A DNA stretch of 64,000 nucleotides from Toensbergia leucococca (taxonomy: Eukaryota): contig JALDZS010000103.1 of assembly GCA_022813965.1 (NCBI GenBank), positions 1 through 64,000 on the forward strand, read 5' to 3'. This document shows positions 1 through 11,367 of this stretch, one piece after another (positions within the stretch are counted from its first letter, which is position 1; every line of letters begins with the position of its first letter). The notes beneath the pieces were generated by a model that was not told the DNA's origin, made no database searches, and worked only from the letters and a program-made list of their open reading frames with translations. Position numbers and translations under genes: made by a program.

Positions 1-985
1 CCCAAAAAAAAAAAAAACCCCCCCCCCCCCCGAAACGAAACCCACCACAAATCCCCCTCCCCCACCCACAACTCCACCCAAGCAGCAAAAAAAAAAAAAA
101 CTCACCCCTTCAAATAAAACCCACTTCCCCACAACTGCAATCAGCCACACAAACCCCTCAAAACCGCAAAACCCCCCCCTCCAAAACACCCTTCCAAACC
201 CCCCCCCCCAAAAAACTCTCTCCCATCTCAAACCCAACACACACCCTCCACCATCCCAGATCCAACCCCATTACCAAAAGCTGCCCCCGCCAAAAAAATA
301 CACGCGCGGCTTGAGTCTGACCATCTGAATCCTGATTCCCAAACTTCTGAAACCAGCAAAAAAAGGCTCGAGAATAACCGATCCAATCCCAATCTCTCTC
401 TCTCTCTCTCTCTTCCGCTCTCTCTCTCTCTCTCTCCCCCCCCCTCTCTTCAACCCCCCCCCCTCCACGCCACTTCCCATCCCCCAGGATTCCACCCAAA
501 GATCAAGGGGGCGTGGGCATTGGGCGTATGAGATGGATATCGGGTCTGGAAATCGGTAAGGGGGTTGTGTCTGTTTTTTTTTGGGTGCGGTGCGGGGGTT
601 TGGGTGGGGGAAGGGGTGGTTGGGGTTTGGTTTGATGTTTGTTTGTTTTTTTGGGGGGGGGGGTGGGGGGGAGGTGGTTGGTTGAGGTGAGGCGAGGGTG
701 TGTTGAGGTGAGGAGCGTGGGGGGAGGAAATTGAAGTGATGGGTTTTGGATTGTGATTGTGCGATTGGGGGCCGGGGACTTCTGAGATCGGTGCCTCTTG
801 CATGTACTCGTATGGAGGAAGGGGTGGAGGATGGGGTGGGATTTGGCCAGGGTGTGGTGTGGTGTGAAGGATGAGTGATGGGTGATGGGTGATGGGTTTG
901 GTGGGCGGGGGGGAGAAAATGAGGGAGATGCTGGGTGTGGGTGGCTTGTGAGATGTATGAATTTAGGGGGTGTGCTTCGAATCAC
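1..985. repeat. Low-complexity homopolymer island: C/A-rich (1-~495) switching to G/T-rich (~503-985), with a (CT)n microsatellite at ~393-450
   Basis: Runs of C and A up to ~13 nt, then runs of G and T. The ORFs across it are compositional artefacts (poly-Pro/Gly). Confidence 0.85.
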
Positions 986-1985
986 CTAGTATCGTTCCCA
1001 AAAAAGCCTCTGTTCCACCAATCTTCGGTTCAAGGGTCTTGCATTAAATGAACACATAACTGGGAGTGTCAATTCACATTGAGAAAGAAACATAATCACT
1101 CAGGTACTTTTTTCTTTCTTTTTCTTGAACCTTGCTCGAGGACATGGGCGTCGTTTGATCGTTGGGGAAGGGGCCAGTGGTTTCTTGGAAAGGGGGGGGG
1201 ACGTACATTATCTCTGGTTAAATCCTGCACCAGGGCCTTGAACGTCTTTCATCTGTTATTGTGCTATCATCAATCTACCCAAAGGCTAAATGATTGAGAG
1301 TGTAGAATGATCAGACATGCTTCACGCAAAGGACTTTTTTGGTATATAATGCAGGAAATTGTGTACACTCAATCAGTTTCTTGGGCTTTTGTAGTGGTGA
1401 GGCAGGGTTTGAGACGCAAGCCCTGGATTCCTTTATTGAAAGATATTAATGCGATTTTCGGGTGTGCAAATATACTCTCCGCGTTGGTTTCTATCACTCG
1501 AGTAATTTTTTTTGAAATACAGTTGATCAGACTTCTTTCCGCTTATCATCATCGACAAATTCACCAGAACAACGGCTCGGTGGAGACAGCTTTGTCCACG
1601 CGGTATCGAGATGAAAAGAACACTCCGAGTATCGTGCTGTTACCCTCGAAAATAGTCCGGAGACAATCTCGGATCATGACTCCACGTACGAATGCAAAAG
1701 TCCCGGCCCATGACTTCCTCGCTCAACGCTAACCCCATGTGCGGTATGAGCTTCAAGTTCTGATGTAGACCAAAAGGGGCACACTCCACTGCTTGGGTGC
1801 TGCTGGAATGTATTCCTAATTCATGATTAACATTATGCCCGCAAGTGCGCGAAGACTTACTTACATCTTGCGGCTTTTATGCTTATGTTGCGACGTATCA
1901 TACTCGTCATTTGGTTCTTCATATTCTTCCCTGCCAGAGAAGATTTTAGCGGCCCGTGGAAGTAAGCAGTCATCTGGACTGTAAC

Positions 1986-4900
1986 CTACATCTGCTCATC
2001 CATGATGGTGTCGGACTCTTCCTTTAGTTCACTTTTTTTCAAGGCTTCGATATTGATTGCCAATCGGAGCTTGCTAACATTTTTAGACGCCACAAATATG
2101 GGAATGCCTTTTTCTGCGTCCTCAAGAAAATGATCCCGCATTAATTCATTGTATTCGACATCTGCTAAAACTCTCGATAGCATCTTTGGAGTTCTTCCCA
2201 AATTGTAAAAGGGTCTATCTTTCCAGTGAACGAGCAGCCCACCACCAAGAAGCCGAGACAGGATCTTGAGCGAACCAGCAGGACCAATTGATAGCTTTTG
2301 GTTGCTTGAGCAGGCTCTTCCCGGCATCTCGAGTACATCGACACAGCCACCGACAAGCTTAGTCTCGAAAATTGAGAATTGGTCACCGTGCCCAGGACGT
2401 TGCCTGCAATGCTGGCCAGGATATTCGGTAAATTCGAAACAACTCTCAGTTGCGATCGCCATAGTTGCGCAGTGCTCGGTGTCTTTCAGCATGCCAACCC
2501 AGGTATTATCTTTGTGACGAATAGTCGTCCACCATTCCTGTTCGCCAAAGGCGCTGGAGGAGTAGAATGCCTGCAAATCTCCGCTGCTGTCAACACCAGT
2601 ATGCAATAGCTCCTCAAAGCACCACGATACCGCTAACCCCAATGCATTTCGCCAATCTTTGCGGAGGACGTAGAGATTGTAAAAGGCTTGTATATCTTCA
2701 CTATTGAGTGCATTATAAAATGCATTCTCGCACTGCTGATCGGGCCATTCAAAGATCATGCTAGACAAATAGCAGCGCATTGTTTTGGAAGCAAGAACAT
2801 GAAGCAGTCTTCGTCGACGAGTATTTAGTGTGCATAGACTGACTTCAACGCCACATTTATACTCTAGAAGCCTTGGATTCCTCTTATCAGGTTCCATTTT
2901 CCAACGCTCGATGATCCGCTCTTTCCACGTCGTCCCAGGCCTATATTTGTATGTTGCCTGGTATCCGACCTGTAATCCAAAATGGCCAATTTGGATCTGC
3001 ACGCCTTCTGAATCTTTGTATCTCCGAGCTTTTGCAGTTCCACATGGCCGTAAGCAGCCTTGAGACTGAAGACTCTCAATCAAGGAATTGATTGAAGACT
3101 TGCATGTTTCATTTGCTGTAATTCTTACACCCGGCCCCCCAATGACAAGCCGTGGGTGGCTCTTGACATTGATTGCCGCAGTTTCAGCAATTACATCTAC
3201 CGATGAGGCCCAATGACATAGTACTTCCCCCTGAAGCACTTTCGGAGAGTGACTCGACCATGAGACTATGACTCCTAGGCCGACGTTGTAACGTAAAACC
3301 AAGTTCTCATCCCCATTTTTAGACATTGTCTTCCAGACAGGGCCCCATATATCGGCAAAAGCTTCGATTGTAGTAGAAAGGCATAGTCGAGTATCCTCTA
3401 GCGAGCTTTTGAGTGCGTCCTCACCGTAATGAAAGACCCACACTTGTTTGCCATGCAAGAATGAATCTAGACAACTGAGAGATCGGCGTTTTACAATCAC
3501 GCAAAATTTTTCTCTAGCGTCAGGCTGATGTATTTCGAAACGTTGAATGTCTCTCCCGAAAAATCGCCGGTCCAATGACGACAGGTGATTTCCGCAGTAG
3601 GTAACAACGGCCAAGTCAAGAACATGCGAGATGACTCTACATACACTCACGAGTCTTTGAAAGCCGACGGTTGAAGAACTCCCAAATAGCCAGTCCGCGA
3701 AGTTATCTGCAATCGTTTCCATGTCTCCCAGTAATGCGAGAAGCAAGGCATCGCTATTTCCAGTAATTGTCACTTGCGGAATTATGCGTTGAACATCAAA
3801 ACCCCAACTGACTGCGTCATACACTGAGTAGAACAGGCTGGCGAGTTTGGTAATTTGCGGGACTTTCAGGAATTGCAGAGACGCCACTTCTGGCCGTAGA
3901 TGATATAAAGCGATGAGGCTGATACCGTTTTGGCATATCCCTTCTTTTTGTAAGATAGAGACGTTACAGCAAACACGTGCCATGATAAAACAGCTCTCTT
4001 GGAGATCATAGCGGAGCTGGAGGAATTCATTGAGGTTGTGCTCTCCTGTCTTCAAATAGGGTTCCGGCCCGTTTAGTAACGATTGGTCAAAATCATTAAG
4101 TTCGGTGTCTGCATACAAACGGCATAATATCGGTATATCAGTTGTTTCCAGTGACATCCATCTACTGACAGCAGCTTCAAGTGATTCTTGTCGGCTTTTG
4201 TGAGGCCTGCCCCCAATGTTAATACCTTCAACTTGCATTAGTGCCTGAGGATGTCTCCGCCCTTGGTTCTGGTGAGGATGTCTTCGCCCTTGGTTCAGGT
4301 GAGAATATCTCCGCCCTTGGTTCAGGTGAGGATGACGACGTCTGGCGTTGCTGAACCAGTCCGAGAGCTAAAACCAAGTAAGTTTCACTTGCTGTGTAAC
4401 ACAAGAAGCTCAGGCTCACTAGGCCTCTTGTCAGAACTGTTCTGTCCATGATGATTTCACTTTCTTCTTTGGTGGGATACGGGTGCGTAATATGTTCCTC
4501 GAACCAGGATTTCAAGATATCTATCGTCTCCTGGATTAGATTTTCTCTGCGGCTTTTGTCCTCGCGATCCTCTTGCTCTCCTCCTATATGTATCTCATCT
4601 GCGGACGTCGATCGCTCAAGAATCTCCTGATTGAATAGTTCATTTCCTTCATACCATCGTGTACTTGCAGGTACATTGATACGGGGTCGACTATGAATTG
4701 AAGGTAACTCTTGCATCTTAATGTCTTCTTGCCTCGCTACCAGAAGGCGTAAGGCAGATTGTTCGACTACTTCTGCTTCAACATCATTAATTCTGTCTAT
4801 CCATGCTGAAGGATTAAGGAGATCCTCGTCCACATTCAGATCTGGGGGGAGAGATCTAGGGGGGGAAAGCGACGTCGAGCTTTCTTCAGATACTGGCCCG

Positions 4901-6031
4901 TTTCCTCCTAGTCTGCGAAAATGCAACCATTCTTGCCCGTCTTCTGAGCTGCTTCTGTCTTCTGGAGCAATCTGCTTATAATTCCACTAGGGTAAGCTTC
5001 GAGAATCTCAAGAAAGCCCCCAAAGTAGCATATGCTAGGGTTTGGAAATGTAACGGGTATGGGATACGTGAAGGTGTGTTTAGCAGAAGACTAACCTTCC
5101 TGAGAGCTGAGGATCCAGATCCTCGATGGTCCGAGTCTTGATCATCTCTGAATCCTTGATGTAATGTTTCGTCATCGCCAGAAGATTCGGAAGTAAGTAC
5201 TGTAGATTGCTCGCTATCACTACCAGCATCACTAGATTCCTCTTCCGTAAGCGTATTACGCTCAACGCAATAATGCCCCGGCGAGCGTCCACGAACTACC
5301 AGAGGAGCGGAGAGTCTCGATGCCACCACAACATATTGATTCTCTAATGCTTTGCTACCCGAAATTTCGGCCAAAAGCTCTACAACAACGTGGAAATACT
5401 GCTGCGCTTGCAGCCTTTTGCCGTTGTTCGCGGTAGCATTCTTGAATTGGATTCTATCAAAACTTGCGACAGTTAGACTTGATTGCTGGTTTGATGGAGA
5501 CGGTGCTTTTAGTGGCAGTAATTTGATCTTTTCAGGGTGGCCCAATGGGCCTTTATCTCGCTTTGGCGTATGCTGAACCAATTCTATAATTTTTCCATCT
5601 TCGCCACCTGCCCTGGCGGTTATGGACATAGCCCAAGATTGGATAAGATCGGGACTTGTCATGGTAGTACGCTTCAAGTAAAGTGGCTCGGACGCAGGTG
5701 TCACGCCTAGCGTGAGATCGTACCAACATGCTACTGAGAAATAATTGCGTCGGTAACAGGTCCAGTCCTGCTCATTTTTGAAGAAACCTTTCCCAATCTT
5801 CGCTTGCATCTCAGGATGTACATGTGAACCTTTGGCATCAATGATAGGATAATGTTGTTTTGTGTGTTCAAAAGGGACCTGTGAAGGCGTATAAGACGTA
5901 TGAGGATCTGGCGTATGAAAGGTTGGGTAGTGTCCTAATAAGCTCTGAGGTAGATCTGGGGTTCCCTGGATAATCGACTTTGGTACTTTGTCTAAGTTGG
6001 CCGTGAAATGCTCCTCGCCAATGGTCGTCAT
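1986..6031 (-). CDS. Multidomain transcription-factor-like protein: NDT80/PhoG DNA-binding domain + TALE/KN homeodomain + large uncharacterised fungal C-terminal domain (~1294 aa, 3 exons)
   Basis: Exons 6031-5096, 4986-4420, 4367-1986. Introns 5095-4987 (GTTAGT..CTTAC..TAG) and 4419-4368 (GTGAGC..CTTAC..TAG) are both phase 0 and join the three ORFs in frame. NDT80 motifs: GFF..WTCYRRNYF, LVQHTPKRDKGP, FDRIQFKNATANNGKR, VVRGRSPGHY. Homeodomain: LKSWFEEHITHPYPTKEE...|LSDWFSNARRR. Start codon uncertain. Confidence 0.8.
4246..4334 (-). repeat. Coding 27-bp tandem repeat (~3.3 copies) encoding RR-H/Y-P/S-H-L/Q-NQG directly after the homeodomain recognition helix
   Basis: Plus-strand unit tgaggatgtctccgcccttggttctgg and variants start at 4246, 4273 and 4300, with a partial copy at 4327. 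Confidence 0.9.
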
Positions 6032-7161
6032 CGTAGTTCCTACTGTGGCTTAAATGAGCGCTGTACCGCTTTAAATTTTCCAATCGACGACGGGCGAACG
6101 TCGTATATGTACACCAGTGGCACGAAAGTCATCAGCGAAGTGTACCGAAGCTCCTAAGCTCGTCGATACTCATGCTACCTCAAGAACAAGTTGGCAGAAC
6201 ACGGAGCACAGACAGCGTCGTGGAACCTAGCTGGAGAATAGCAGCAGCAACACGGTTCCAGATAATTGAAAGTAAAGATCCCCCAGAAAGCACACCTTTA
6301 TCGTGCGTGGCTAAGAGTTTTGTAGCCTTGTTGCCTCGTTGCCTGGTAGAATATCTAAGCCGCCCACCCAATCGAGCGAATCAGAATCTCCACCCTACGC
6401 CGAGAGTGCCCATCCCTGTCGAGTCACCGAGCCAAGCTCTATTTGGCCCAAGTATCACGAAAGCTGTGCATCAATCGCCCATAAATCACGACGTTGGAAA
6501 AGAAGGGCTTAGCATTCCATGTCTTCAAAGGAGTGAAAACCTAAGAAATACACACTTAGAAATTGAAAACTAAGATAATCAAACCAACATGAATGGTAAA
6601 ACACCACATAGATGTAGTAGATACTGGATTCTGCTATGCCAGAGGTCACAATAACACAGTATAAGGATCTCTTCAATCAGTCTCTTTTATCAAGAACGAC
6701 TCTATCGACAGCACCAGGCCACCCAAACAGAAATCGAAACATAGATAGCCTCTACATGCCCATTCCTCGACCATTTGAACAGCAGAAGGCTTCAAATCCA
6801 AATTCCAGCATGAAAAAGAAAGTCATCCCTAGTTGCGCCATGTCACATTGCTCTAGTCTCTTAGCACATGCTCAACCCCAAATTGCCCTATTTGATTAAG
6901 GGGTGATCTCGTTTGGTATTCAATGTCTACCACTCGCTGTGCTGTCCTCCTAGGCCGAGGAATGCAGTATGGGAGCCCGGTATTATGTTCAAGCATGTCT
7001 ATGCCAAGGTCGGGTACTCTGCTCTGTGATAGGATTTTTTGATGCAAAACCTGTACAGGCCAGGAGCCGTGGTACCAAGATACACTGCCTGGCGCTTTTG
7101 GCGGGCAGCTGGTGATAATTCAGAAATGCACGCTCATCTCAATGAGTGATGATAAGAAGTG

Positions 7162-9060
7162 TCAGCTAGTACCAATAAATAGATCGTCGCCGGTATCCTT
7201 TTCGATCTCGTAAAATAGCATATACACCTCCTTCTGCATGCTTAAAACGTCACTAGTCCTACATTCTTTGATCTTGTCATCGCTGATCCGCCACCACCGA
7301 TCATTGGAGTTCCTTTTCCTCTTAAACCGGCTTATGTCCATTGCATATGAGCTCTTCGATGGGTTTGCACTGGCATGTCTTGAGTGGTTACCCTGTCCAG
7401 ATAACGGACTCGCTACAGCAGAGGCGCTGGAAGGCGGCTGATTACGCATTGTCGGCGTATAGCGGGGTTTTGGAGCTTGTGCGCCAGACACGGACTCCGA
7501 TGATGGTCGGGTGGAGGGTGAAGAAGCCGAGCCCGAATTGAGAGAGTTCGACGGAGACATCGTAGAGGATGAAAGGAGTTCCGCCGTTGCTAAGCTGGCC
7601 GTGGGACTACCGAGGGATTCAGGCGCCAGTGATGGGCTTAGCACTGTCGAAGGATCTGGCGTCACCGATAGACTATAGGGGCCCGAAGTTTTTCGTTTGT
7701 GTGGTGTTGAGTATGGCGCATAAAGATGCTGTCTTCGAAAAGATTCGTAATGACCGCTATGATGAGTCCCTTTATGAGTGACCATACCTAAGAGCTTATA
7801 GTTCCTCCGATTCAATATGCCCCCCAGGGGAAGGCTTTCGGGGAACGAAATTTTGGCAGCGTTTTTCGTTGAGCTGCTACGTGGATCAAAGATGGATCTC
7901 GATAGGTGAATGACGAGAATTTTGGGAAAAGATGTCATTTGAACATGTCGAGCAATTCGTCTTTTGGGTGCGTGCTTCATATCGGGTAACTCCACGCCTT
8001 CTGGTACCTTCTCTGGATCGTCTTGTATTGCCTGTCTTAATTTGGCGATGTCTGCTCGTATAGAAGCCTTTTGGTGCTCCATATTGGCTTGGATCAAGCT
8101 TTTCGAGAATTCCTCAATTGCGTGCTCGAGGCGGCACTTGTCACACTTATAATCGTCTATGTATTCTCTTTTAAAATGGACATCAAAACATTCATTCAAT
8201 GTAGTCGAGGCTTTCTGTGGCACAGGTAGAGTCAACATGACGAACGTGGTCGGATTGGCTTTTGGCACGAAATGGCAGTGTTGACATTCTATCTGTGCTT
8301 CCGTTTTGCCCTCGAGGGGGAAACCAATTTCATCTTCGTTTAGATCGTCGCTGTCTTCGACGATTGAAGGTCCATCATTTGTTGATGTAGTCGAGGCCGA
8401 AGCCCGATAATTGTTGAGGTGATTGTTTTCATGCAGCAATCCAAGGCCCGCGGAATTGCCTTTCGGAATCATCGATTGAGACATGGAATTGTGCCTAGCA
8501 CGTCTACGCGCATCCGCGCCAGCATAGTATTCCTCGCCCAACCTCTCTGCAACTATCTGTAGAAGTTCCTGGGCATCTTGCTGCGTTCTGCTAATCCTAG
8601 TGTCGAAAGCATGCTCCAGAACTCTTATGAACATTCGTGCAGATATAGTCTTCTTATAAATTGGTCTTTCATTCAGGCCATCTATTATGTCCTTTAAGCC
8701 CTGAGTCACCTCGCCGCTTTGTAAGCTTTCCAATTTCCTTGCATCAACACGCCGTCCGTTCTTGTCTTTTAATGGCAATGATGCATACACTTCTGGGCCG
8801 TCTAATTTTCTCCGGTGTAATTCTCGTATTAGGTATAGCCTTAGGTCACCGAGACCGGCCAAGGATTGGAGGATAGAATTGATGAAGCAATCGTTTGCTG
8901 GATTAGATAGGCCCACGATGCCTTTCTTGCGTGTGCTCGCGGAGATAGTAGAGGATTCGCCGTCGATAAGGTAATTGGGGTTGAAGAAGTAGACCAGAGC
9001 AACAGCAGCAAGGGAAGCACTAGCTGCATAGGTGATAACGGTCAGAGGCTTGTCCGGCAT
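7162..9060 (-). CDS. Ubiquitin carboxyl-terminal hydrolase (peptidase C19, UBP16-like, N-terminal membrane anchor)
   Basis: Cys box GLSNPANDCFINSILQ, QQDAQE, His box GMVTHKGTHHSGHYESFR, WWRISDD and VYMLFYE. Hydrophobic N-terminal segment after MPDKPL. The ORF extends to 9171 but the ATG at 9060 is preferred. Confidence 0.9.
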   Translation of the reverse strand: MPDKPLTVITYAASASLAAVALVYFFNPNYLIDGESSTISASTRKKGIVGLSNPANDCFINSILQSLAGLGDLRLYLIRELHRRKLDGPEVYASLPLKDKNGRRVDARKLESLQSGEVTQGLKDIIDGLNERPIYKKTISARMFIRVLEHAFDTRISRTQQDAQELLQIVAERLGEEYYAGADARRRARHNSMSQSMIPKGNSAGLGLLHENNHLNNYRASASTTSTNDGPSIVEDSDDLNEDEIGFPLEGKTEAQIECQHCHFVPKANPTTFVMLTLPVPQKASTTLNECFDVHFKREYIDDYKCDKCRLEHAIEEFSKSLIQANMEHQKASIRADIAKLRQAIQDDPEKVPEGVELPDMKHAPKRRIARHVQMTSFPKILVIHLSRSIFDPRSSSTKNAAKISFPESLPLGGILNRRNYKLLGMVTHKGTHHSGHYESFRRQHLYAPYSTPHKRKTSGPYSLSVTPDPSTVLSPSLAPESLGSPTASLATAELLSSSTMSPSNSLNSGSASSPSTRPSSESVSGAQAPKPRYTPTMRNQPPSSASAVASPLSGQGNHSRHASANPSKSSYAMDISRFKRKRNSNDRWWRISDDKIKECRTSDVLSMQKEVYMLFYEIEKDTGDDLFIGTS

Positions 9061-9848
9061 GCTGTGGATGGTGTATTGATCATGCATGAGCCATGAGCGG
9101 GGGACGAGACTGGTGGCAAAGAGAACCAAACTGCCTAACAAACCAGTCCGAGGAAGGCAAGGTCTGAACATGAAAGATCAAGACGTCTTGTCATGATGGC
9201 TTGCCATGGTATTCATTGCCAGCGTATGAGGACGGGATTGCAGGTCGAGTATCTATCAACTCACTGGCTCTGGGCGTCCCCACTGCGGAGATTGTCTAGG
9301 TGGCGAAGTAGGTCTGAAGTTCAACATTAGCTGGACAATGGTGGAGATTCATGCTGCCTGTAGGAATGCTGTTACAAGAAATCCAGAGGTGCTGCTTCCA
9401 TCTTCCTCACGTACTTTTCCCCGCAATGGCGCAGCCGTAGGGCTGCTTACTAATAACAAGGATTGACTAGATTATTATTTATTTCTACTCCGCTGCGCTT
9501 TCTTCCATTTGTTTCTTACTAGTCTATTAGTATTGACTCGTGAGAATCCATCATGGTCAGATGTCTTCTTTATTGTTCTCAATTCGAACTGTCGTCCCCC
9601 TAGTTCCCCACTGGGAAGACAGACTTGTCAGAGGATATATCTCACTGCTGAAGAGTGGAATCTACATTTGTGAACCCCAGGTCCTGAGGCCGTCACTTTG
9701 GAATTTCTATCCGAGAGTAATATCTGTTGATGTGATATCTATTGCAAGCAGATGCAAAAACGATCATAGTCGAAGATTGCCGTAAAGGCGAGAAAGCGAT
9801 AGATGGTATACTCCTACAAGTTGCCCCCTAACACCACACCAATATTCC

Positions 9849-11367
9849 TTAACCTTTCGACACCTTGATAAAATCATGACTAACAACACTTTTCTGCACC
9901 ATGATGTTACCAAGCGGCACTTCATTCTGTGCTTCCAGATCTCTCACAACGCTCGTCTCGATCCCGAAATGAACTTCGTGCGGATATCTGTGCACGAACT
10001 CGGTTTCGGATGCCGTGGATAGGCTTTCGGCATCTTTTGAACCTTTCGCGGAGCGTTCGCGCACGGATCTCTGAGAGGCTGACTTCGAGGTATAGGAAGA
10101 TTTATTGCGGATGTTGCTGAGAAATTTTCGAGGTAATAGGGGTAGAATTAATGGACGTAAAGTAGGGAGGCAGGCTGCGACGATGCATAGGCCCATCTCG
10201 ATCATGCTCCAGTATATCTCGGTTGTCATGAGTTCTGAAGCGTGGTCAGACTACTGCTAGGACCTCATTGGAGCCAAAGATCTCACCAATTCCGGACGGG
10301 TGTGAAAAAGCATCTTTATGCTACATTAGTATAATGGGAAACTCTTGGGCTCGAGAAGAAACATACTCGTGGTTTGCTGAATGTAAATCACTAGTCTTGC
10401 AATGCCAGCAGCAATCGCCCTGGGCCAAATCGTAATCAGCACAAGGCTAAAGCGGAGATTATTGGTGATCATAGAATACACTCACAGTCCTCCGAGTAGA
10501 AAGCTCCCACAGACAGCGAGTCTCTGCGACCTTGGTAACTGCAGCTTCCAGACCTAAAAAAAATATTAGTCAAACCCAAAGTGGGGTTGCCCCAAAGCTG
10601 GGCAGATACCCAATATATTGGTATAGATAGTATGAGCCCGTCAGTGACGACATCCGATATGCAAAATGCTCGAGCGGTTGCATTTGAATCAATACACTGA
10701 TTGAGAAAGACCTCAAGTGTCGACCAACTTGCCCAAAAATCTGTTCTGCATATGAAGAAAAACGTAAGGAAGAACCCCAAGATCCATAGAACCACAGTCC
10801 CGATCATGACTTTTGAGATGGTCTTAAAGACTCGGCTAGGGAAAACCCTTCGATAGAGATAGATGACGGAGAGTTTGGCCATGCCGAAAGACAAAGTCTG
10901 AACGAGGTTGAAAGACCAAAAAATCTAACGGAGTCGGTCAGCATTCAGTCTTCTGTTTCTCAACCAGAATCCTTGACATAGTACCTTTTCCGTCACAATC
11001 ATTGCATGATCGATGCTTGTAAAGTAGCCACCAGGGCCAGTGCTTTGCGGTGCGGGCTCTGCGAGTACGCTGAACGCCGACCCTATAGAGAGTCAATCTT
11101 TGGAACGTGCAAAGAACGTTATAAGTTCCATCATACCAAGAATCAGCGTTAGGCCCAGACCAATCGTCAGGACCTTGTGATGTCAGCCGATTTTCCCTAC
11201 TGAGACAGAGGTTTATGTACCAGTGAACACAGTATCAACCAGTCATCCGCTCCAAGAGAAAGACCCTTGAGACGCCGTGAATAAAAACGTAAGGCTACAG
11301 CAATGGAAGCCAGTCCAGGAAGTACGGAGCCCACAGCAATAACACCTTTTGGTGTTATATAGCTCAT
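9849..11367 (-). CDS. PTH11-like (rhodopsin-family) integral membrane protein, multi-exon
   Basis: MSYITPKG..AVALRFYSRRLKGLSLGADDWLIL, AKLSVIYLYRRVF, DVVTDGLILSIPI, WSMIEMGLCIVAACLPTLRPL; GT-AG introns between the fragments. Confidence 0.85.

Noticed and set aside
158..985. Pro/Gly-rich ORFs in the homopolymer island (likewise 25632-27018 and 58784-59449)
   Set aside because: By-products of skewed low-complexity sequence; no domain motifs or splice structure.
1307..1732. 141-aa plus-strand ORF
   Set aside because: No recognisable motifs or coding-like composition; probably a chance ORF.
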